This document shows positions 55,123 to 60,052 of a stretch of DNA of 60,052 bases, one piece after another (the stretch's first letter is position 1; every line of letters begins with the position of its first letter). The DNA is taken from contig DASZMX010000144.1 in assembly GCA_035551475.1 (NCBI GenBank), positions 1-60,052 on the forward strand, read 5' to 3'. The stretch is from Verrucomicrobiia bacterium (GTDB lineage: Bacteria; Verrucomicrobiota; Verrucomicrobiia; Limisphaerales; Palsa-1400). A program made the position numbers and the translations under genes. A model generated the notes under the pieces. The model was not told where the DNA came from, did no database searches, and saw nothing but the letters and a program-made list of their open reading frames with translations.

Positions 55123-55908
55123 GTGGCGTTACTGATGTGGGGTAAATCCAATCATTTTATGACGTCAATTAACGAAGAGGTGCATGGGCCGCAAGGGTTC
55201 ACGATGCTGTCGATTTCCCCGAGCGAACTGGCGGCCTTGCGCGAAGTGATCCGGGAACAATGGTTGTACCGGCTGCAATTGGTGGTGCCAAACGAAGTGC
55301 ATAAATTCGCCGCCATCAGCATGGACCAATACCATCAGCATGCTGACCTCGTGGATCACGCCAAAATCTGGCCCAAAATCAGCCGCGTGCTCCCCGCCAG
55401 CGGCGCGAAATTGATGCGCTCGATGGCCTACTTCAAACGGCTGGAGGCGGAATACGGCGAAATCATCATTGGCGATGAAGAAAATTTTGGCTGGGAGAAC
55501 ATTACCTGGCGCCTCGTGCGCCCGCAGGCCAAAGATGTCGGCCCGATTCACGCTGACGAATGGTTTTACGAAGTGCGGCCCTCGCAAAAAAGGCATCCCG
55601 GCTTCATCCCGGTGAAAATCTGGATGGCCGTTTATTGCAACGCCGGCAAAAACGGATTGCGGGTCGTTCCCGGATCCCATCGCATGATGGACAAATACAA
55701 ATACCGCACAGAAATCCGCAATGATCTGGCAGTGCCGGTGTACGACGGCAACGAAGACGAATTGCCCGCGACCATTCCCAAGACCAACCCCGGCGACTTG
55801 ATTGTCTTCAATCATTTTCTCCTGCACGGCGGCGTCTGGAACAACGAGGCCACCACCCGCGTCAGCATCGACTTCACGATTTTCGTCAACGAGAAATTCA
55901 AGAAATAA
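55123..55908 (+). CDS. phytanoyl-CoA dioxygenase (PhyH) family Fe(II)/2-oxoglutarate-dependent oxygenase
   Basis: HxD...H facial triad candidates (GPIHADEW ... FLLHGGVWN). A PhyH-like RVVPGSH block. The start is uncertain (in-frame ATGs at 55135 and 55159). Confidence 0.55.
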   Translation: MALLMWGKSNHFMTSINEEVHGPQGFTMLSISPSELAALREVIREQWLYRLQLVVPNEVHKFAAISMDQYHQHADLVDHAKIWPKISRVLPASGAKLMRSMAYFKRLEAEYGEIIIGDEENFGWENITWRLVRPQAKDVGPIHADEWFYEVRPSQKRHPGFIPVKIWMAVYCNAGKNGLRVVPGSHRMMDKYKYRTEIRNDLAVPVYDGNEDELPATIPKTNPGDLIVFNHFLLHGGVWNNEATTRVSIDFTIFVNEKFKK

Positions 55909-55922
55909 GCCCGCAAGGCCCC

Positions 55923-56594
55923 ATGGAACAACACACCAAAGAGCCGCAGTACAATCATTGTCTTGACGTGGCGACCGACCACCTGGCCACTCTGGGACTC
56001 ATGTCCAACCAGGTCTGGCACGAAGACCCCAAACGGCTCGCCTTCGTTTTGGCGCGTTACAAATTCGCCGCGAAAATGTTCGCGGGCCTGAACCGCGTCC
56101 TGGAGGTCGGCTGCGCGGACGCCTTTGGGTCGCGCATTGTTTTGCAGGAGGTCGAATCCTTGACCGCCTGCGATTTTGACCCGGTGTTTGTCGCGGACGC
56201 GAATCGCCGGATGGACGCGGCGTGGAAATTCGAGTGCGTGGTGCATGACATGCTGTCTGGGCCGATGCCCGGGGGATTTGACGCTGCCTATTCGATTGAT
56301 GTGCTGGAGCACATCCCGCCGGCGGACGAGGATCGTTTTGTCTCGAACATTGTCCAGTCGCTGAATCCCGCAGGCGTCTGCCTGTTTGGCTCGCCGTCCA
56401 TTGAATCCCAGACGTACGCCTCCCCGCAAAGCAAGGCCGGGCACGTCAACTGCAAAAACGCGCCGCAAATGAAGGCGTTGCTGGGCAAATATTTTCACAA
56501 CGTGTTTTTGTTCTCGATGAACGATGAAGTCGTCCACACCGGATTTTATCCGCTGGCGCATTATCTTTTCGCGTTGTGCTGTCATCGAAAGTAA
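55923..56594 (+). CDS. class I SAM-dependent methyltransferase
   Basis: Motif I VLEVGCADAFGS, post-I acidic TACDFD, motif II/III (AYSIDVLEHIP...LNPAGVCLF). 223 aa. ATG at 55923. Confidence 0.7.
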   Translation: MEQHTKEPQYNHCLDVATDHLATLGLMSNQVWHEDPKRLAFVLARYKFAAKMFAGLNRVLEVGCADAFGSRIVLQEVESLTACDFDPVFVADANRRMDAAWKFECVVHDMLSGPMPGGFDAAYSIDVLEHIPPADEDRFVSNIVQSLNPAGVCLFGSPSIESQTYASPQSKAGHVNCKNAPQMKALLGKYFHNVFLFSMNDEVVHTGFYPLAHYLFALCCHRK

Positions 56595-57418
56595 CGGCGG
56601 CGCCGCAGCATTTGGTGATAGGCGGGGCTGGGCTCCTGGGCGCGGCGTTGCGCCAACGCTGGGAGGCGCAGGGCGTGAAAACAATCGTCACCACCCGGGA
56701 GACGTTGGATTTGGGCGGGGACATCGCACGCTGGCATCCGCCCGCCGGCGGAGGAGTGGCCGTGATCAGCGCAGGCATCACAGACCAGGAAAAATGCCGG
56801 CGCGACCCGGCGGGAACCGGGCGCATCAATATTGACCAGACCATTCTGCTGGCGCAGCGTTTGCGGGCGGCGGATTACTTTGTGGTCTATCTTTCCTCCA
56901 ATCTGGTGTTTGACGGGAGCGCGGCTGGGCCTCGTCCCGCTGACGCGGTTTCCCCGGCGACGGAATACGGGCGGCAGAAAGCCGCGGCTGAACAGGGCTT
57001 GCGCGATGTCACCGATGAGCTGGCCATCGTGCGATTGACAAAGGTGGTGCATCAGAATCTTCCCCTGCTCGCGCGCTGGCGCGAGGCTTTGCAGCGCGGC
57101 GAGGTCATCCGGCCCTTTCGTGATTATGTGTGTTCGCCTATTTCCCTCGCTTTCGCCGTGGCCGGAATTGCGGCCGCCGCGGAAAAACGCGCGCCGGGAA
57201 TCTGGCATATTTCCGCGAACGATGACTTGCCCTACAGTGAATTGGCGCGGGCGCTGGCGCGAAATCTTGGAGCGCCGGAAGCTCTGGTGCAGTCAACGGC
57301 GGCGCCGCATGGGACGCTTGAACATTTGCCGGAACACGCTTTCCTCGACACCGCCGACACCGAAAAACAACTCGGGCTCAAAACTCCCAGCGCGCGGGAG
57401 GCGCTAGACTTCGCATGA
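56576..57418 (+). CDS. RmlD-like (dTDP-4-dehydrorhamnose reductase-type) short NAD(P)-dependent sugar-nucleotide reductase/epimerase
   Basis: Rossmann VIGGAGLLGAAL. VVYLSSNLVFDGS and YGRQKAAAEQ resemble RmlD (IHYSTDYVFPG ... YGETKLAGE; catalytic YxxxK). GTG start. Overlaps the methyltransferase gene by 19 nt. Confidence 0.6.
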   Translation: MLSSKVTAAPQHLVIGGAGLLGAALRQRWEAQGVKTIVTTRETLDLGGDIARWHPPAGGGVAVISAGITDQEKCRRDPAGTGRINIDQTILLAQRLRAADYFVVYLSSNLVFDGSAAGPRPADAVSPATEYGRQKAAAEQGLRDVTDELAIVRLTKVVHQNLPLLARWREALQRGEVIRPFRDYVCSPISLAFAVAGIAAAAEKRAPGIWHISANDDLPYSELARALARNLGAPEALVQSTAAPHGTLEHLPEHAFLDTADTEKQLGLKTPSAREALDFA

Positions 57419-58464
57419 ACCCGCTCGCCCTGCATGATTTTCATGCCGCCCGAGGCGCGCGGTTTTTTGACCTGAACGGCCACGAAGCGGTTATGGATTA
57501 CGGCGATTGGCGCGCCGAATATGCGGCTTTGCGCGAGACGGCGGGCTTGATTGACTTGAGTTTTCGCGGGCGGCTCTGCGCCCTCGGAAAAGATGCGCAA
57601 AAGTTTTTGCACGGGCAAGTGACCAACCATGTGAATGGCCTGCAAATCGGCCAGGGATGTTACGCCGCGCTGGTTTCGGCCAAGGGGAAAATGCAAAGCG
57701 ACCTGAATATTTACCGGCTGGAAAACGAATGGCTGCTGGATTTCGAGCCGGGATTAGGCGCGGTCGTCAAGGAACGGCTGGAAAAATACGTGATTGCCGA
57801 GGAAGTTGAAATCGTTGACGCGGCGGCGGCGTACGGATTGGTGCGCGCCCAGGGGCCGGAGGCGGGGGCGGTGGCGGAGAAACTAGGCGTCGAACTTCCG
57901 CGGGAACCAAGGCAAATTGTCAGCGTCAAACACGCCGCTTGGGGCGACTTGTATTTGACTAAGCGTGACGGGTTTTTTGAATTTTTTGTCCCGACGGCTG
58001 CGTTGCCAGACTTGGCCAAAACGCTCGCGGCGCCGTGGTGCGGATGGCAGGCTCTGGAAGCGGCGCGCATCGAGGACACGGTTCCGCGTTATGGCGCCGA
58101 CATGGACGAGACCAATTTGCCGCCGGAAGCCGGTTTGGATAATCGGGCGGTCAGTTACGCCAAGGGATGTTATATCGGGCAGGAAGTGATCGCGCGCATT
58201 CGAACGTACGGGCAGGTGGCCAAGACGCTGCGCGGATTGACCTTAAGCTCCGCCGCCCTGCCGGCACGCGGCGCGCGGTTGTGGCGGAACGATAAAGAAG
58301 TGGGCTACATCACCAGCGCCACGGAATCGCCCAAGCTCAAGGCTCCGATCGCGCTCGGTTACGTGCGGCGCGAAGCCAACGCCATCGGGACAGATTTGCA
58401 GGTGGAAATCGCCGGCGAAAAAGTTGCGGCGCGCGTGGCCACGCTGCCATTTGAAGCTTTTTAA
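57415..58464 (+). CDS. GcvT/YgfZ-family folate-binding protein
   Basis: Aminomethyltransferase-like fold: GLIDLSFRGRLCALGKDAQKFLHGQVTNHV and the family-defining KGCYIGQE motif (YAKGCYIGQEVIARIRTYGQV). 349 aa. The ATG overlaps the upstream stop (ATGA). Confidence 0.7.
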   Translation: MNPLALHDFHAARGARFFDLNGHEAVMDYGDWRAEYAALRETAGLIDLSFRGRLCALGKDAQKFLHGQVTNHVNGLQIGQGCYAALVSAKGKMQSDLNIYRLENEWLLDFEPGLGAVVKERLEKYVIAEEVEIVDAAAAYGLVRAQGPEAGAVAEKLGVELPREPRQIVSVKHAAWGDLYLTKRDGFFEFFVPTAALPDLAKTLAAPWCGWQALEAARIEDTVPRYGADMDETNLPPEAGLDNRAVSYAKGCYIGQEVIARIRTYGQVAKTLRGLTLSSAALPARGARLWRNDKEVGYITSATESPKLKAPIALGYVRREANAIGTDLQVEIAGEKVAARVATLPFEAF

Positions 58465-58467
58465 TTT

Positions 58468-59241
58468 ATGGAAGTGATCATACGCAAGGACGCGCGGGCC
58501 GCGTCCGACTTGGCGGCGCGCATCATTGCGGCCGAAATCCGCGCCAAACCAAACATCGTGCTCGGCCTCGCCACGGGCCGGACCATGGACATGCTTTACC
58601 AGCAATTGGTGGGGATGCGGCTGGATTTTGCCAAATGCCGCACCTTCAATCTCGACGAGTATGTCGGTCTGGCGGCGACTGACCCGCGGTCCTATCGCGC
58701 CTACATGAACAAGGCGCTGTTCAACCATGTGAACATCGATTTGCTGAACACGCATGTGCCGGACGGCATGGCGGAAGATTTGGAGGCGGAATGCCGCCGC
58801 TACGAAGCGAAGATCGAGAAATGCGGCGGAATCGATTTGCAACTGCTGGGCATGGGCCGTTCGGGACACATTGGCTTCAATGAACCGCTTTCCGCGCTGC
58901 TCTCGCGCACCCGCGTGAAAGCGCTCAGCCCCACGACCACTGCGCAGAATGCGGATTTTTTCGGCGGGGCCGACAAAGTGCCGCGCCGGGCCATCACCAT
59001 GGGCGTGGGAACCATCGTGGACAGCCGCCGCTGCCTCCTCCTGGCCACGGGCGAAAGCAAAGCCGAAATCGTGGCCAAAGCCGTCGAAGGGCCGATCACC
59101 GCGATGATTTCCGCCACGGCCTTGCAATTGCATCCGCGCTGCGTGGTGGTGGTGGACGAAGCGGCGGCGGCCCATTTGCAGGAAAAGGACTATTACCGCT
59201 GGATATTTGACAATGAGCCGGAATGGGAAACCTTCCGGTAA
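58468..59241 (+). CDS. nagB: glucosamine-6-phosphate deaminase
   Basis: 257 aa. VLGLATGRTMDMLYQQLV, FNLDEYVGL, GMGRSGHIGFNEPLSALLSRTRVKALS, LQLHPRCVVVVDE, all aligned with E. coli NagB ([59 protein letters not shown]). Confidence 0.9.
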   Translation: MEVIIRKDARAASDLAARIIAAEIRAKPNIVLGLATGRTMDMLYQQLVGMRLDFAKCRTFNLDEYVGLAATDPRSYRAYMNKALFNHVNIDLLNTHVPDGMAEDLEAECRRYEAKIEKCGGIDLQLLGMGRSGHIGFNEPLSALLSRTRVKALSPTTTAQNADFFGGADKVPRRAITMGVGTIVDSRRCLLLATGESKAEIVAKAVEGPITAMISATALQLHPRCVVVVDEAAAAHLQEKDYYRWIFDNEPEWETFR

Positions 59242-59253
59242 TTCGCCGCCCGC

Positions 59254-60052
59254 CTATTTTTCCAGGCGGAAATATTGCTCGGGCAACGGCGCGTCAAGAA
59301 TAGTGTTATTGGCGCCGGCCACGGTGATCGGAGCCCACGTCGAACCGGTCAAGTTCGTCGCGGTGGTCAATGTCCAACCCGTTGCCGCGTCCGGCCAGCC
59401 GAGGTAGAGGCCGTGATTGGAGCGGGCGACGACCAGGCTGGGCGGGGTCGTGGCCTGATAACCGACGGCCACGAGCGTGAGGCCTGCTTTCCCGAAGAGA
59501 GGATTGAGGCGCACGCCGCTGCCGAGGTCAAGGCCATCCAAGTGCGCGAAATCACCGGAGGCTGACGGATAGCTGAGCACGGGAAAGCTGTCGCCGACAT
59601 TGGGCAGATAGCCGTTGGTCGCGGACACGCTGAAGCCGCCAGCCAAAGCAAGCGGACTCGTGAAAGCAATTCGCCCAAAGGCGGGTGGCGGTGTCGCGCC
59701 GCCGAGGATGATGCGCAAGTCCGACTGCGGCGTGGCATAGAATGTGGACGCAAAATTGAGCACACCTGATTGGGCCGTGATCACGCCGGCATTCGTGACA
59801 TTCACGAAAATCGTGGTGGAGCCTGATGACGCGGTCTTGCGCAACTCACCCGCGTTTTTGAAGATTGTCGGATAATAGCCCACAAGCATGGATTGATCGC
59901 AGTCCACGTCCCACAACGCGCCGGGCTGATTCCAAACCTGGCTGGCGGCGCCGTTGTTGAGATTGTAAAGCGTCACCGTGCCATTTGACCAATGAACCGT
60001 TCCGAGGTTGGTGAAGGCGCCATAGATGGTGGAGTTTCCCAAAATATTGAGC
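59254..60052 (-). CDS. C-terminal part of a large secreted beta-rich surface protein (gene probably continues past the window end)
   Basis: Open frame from stop at 59254-59256 to the window edge; the track shows an M at 60042 but no upstream stop within the window. Composition is T/S/G/N/A-rich with autotransporter-associated beta-strand-repeat-like segments (GVLNFASTFYATPQS...). Stop-to-stop convergent with nagB across a short CCGCCT-(8 nt)-AGGCGG hairpin at about 59250-59269. Confidence 0.45.
   Translation of the reverse strand, partial: LNILGNSTIYGAFTNLGTVHWSNGTVTLYNLNNGAASQVWNQPGALWDVDCDQSMLVGYYPTIFKNAGELRKTASSGSTTIFVNVTNAGVITAQSGVLNFASTFYATPQSDLRIILGGATPPPAFGRIAFTSPLALAGGFSVSATNGYLPNVGDSFPVLSYPSASGDFAHLDGLDLGSGVRLNPLFGKAGLTLVAVGYQATTPPSLVVARSNHGLYLGWPDAATGWTLTTATNLTGSTWAPITVAGANNTILDAPLPEQYFRLEK

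Overview
GC-rich bacterial chromosomal segment of about 60 kb with dense coding on both strands. The 'prepilin-type N-terminal cleavage/methylation' H-X9-DG protein, ThuA-family proteins, TMTC/PMT-like TPR glycosyltransferases and giant beta-rich surface proteins together suggest Verrucomicrobiota or Planctomycetota. This lineage call is an inference from gene content. Most of the window is housekeeping and envelope or carbohydrate metabolism: glgX (partial), S9 prolyl oligopeptidase, split pta, hisC, yebC, two sensor kinases, a ThuA/Gfo-Idh-MocA cluster, flotillin, lptF/G, xylA, ogg, a transketolase-family enzyme, rph, hemW, rpsT, ispD, pdxA, a surA-like PPIase and nagB, plus two tRNA-Arg genes. 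Eight loci stand out. First, a compact vsr / C5-methyltransferase / HNH-endonuclease cassette with overlapping frames and visibly lower GC, which is probably a horizontally acquired Type II R-M module. Second, a translationally coupled trio of thioredoxin-like [2Fe-2S] ferredoxin, secreted S9 prolyl oligopeptidase and radical-SAM/SPASM enzyme with no recognisable precursor peptide; this is the best candidate for an undescribed peptide or protein-maturation system. Third, a phosphotransacetylase split into two genes with permuted domain order. Fourth, several TMTC/ArnT-like membrane glycosyltransferases, including a PAP2 fusion that appears co-transcribed with ogg. Fifth, a 1334-aa surface protein followed by a strong hairpin and a pseudopilin gene. 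Sixth, a long leader with a perfect 19-bp palindrome upstream of flotillin. Seventh, a PA0069-family radical SAM gene that shares a palindromic element with lptF/G. Eighth, a phyH / methyltransferase / RmlD-like / YgfZ-like / nagB cluster. The ORF track prints M for GTG and TTG starts. Start codons were re-placed on in-frame ATGs where the protein family N-terminus supported it. No CRISPR array, IS element or prophage was recognised.
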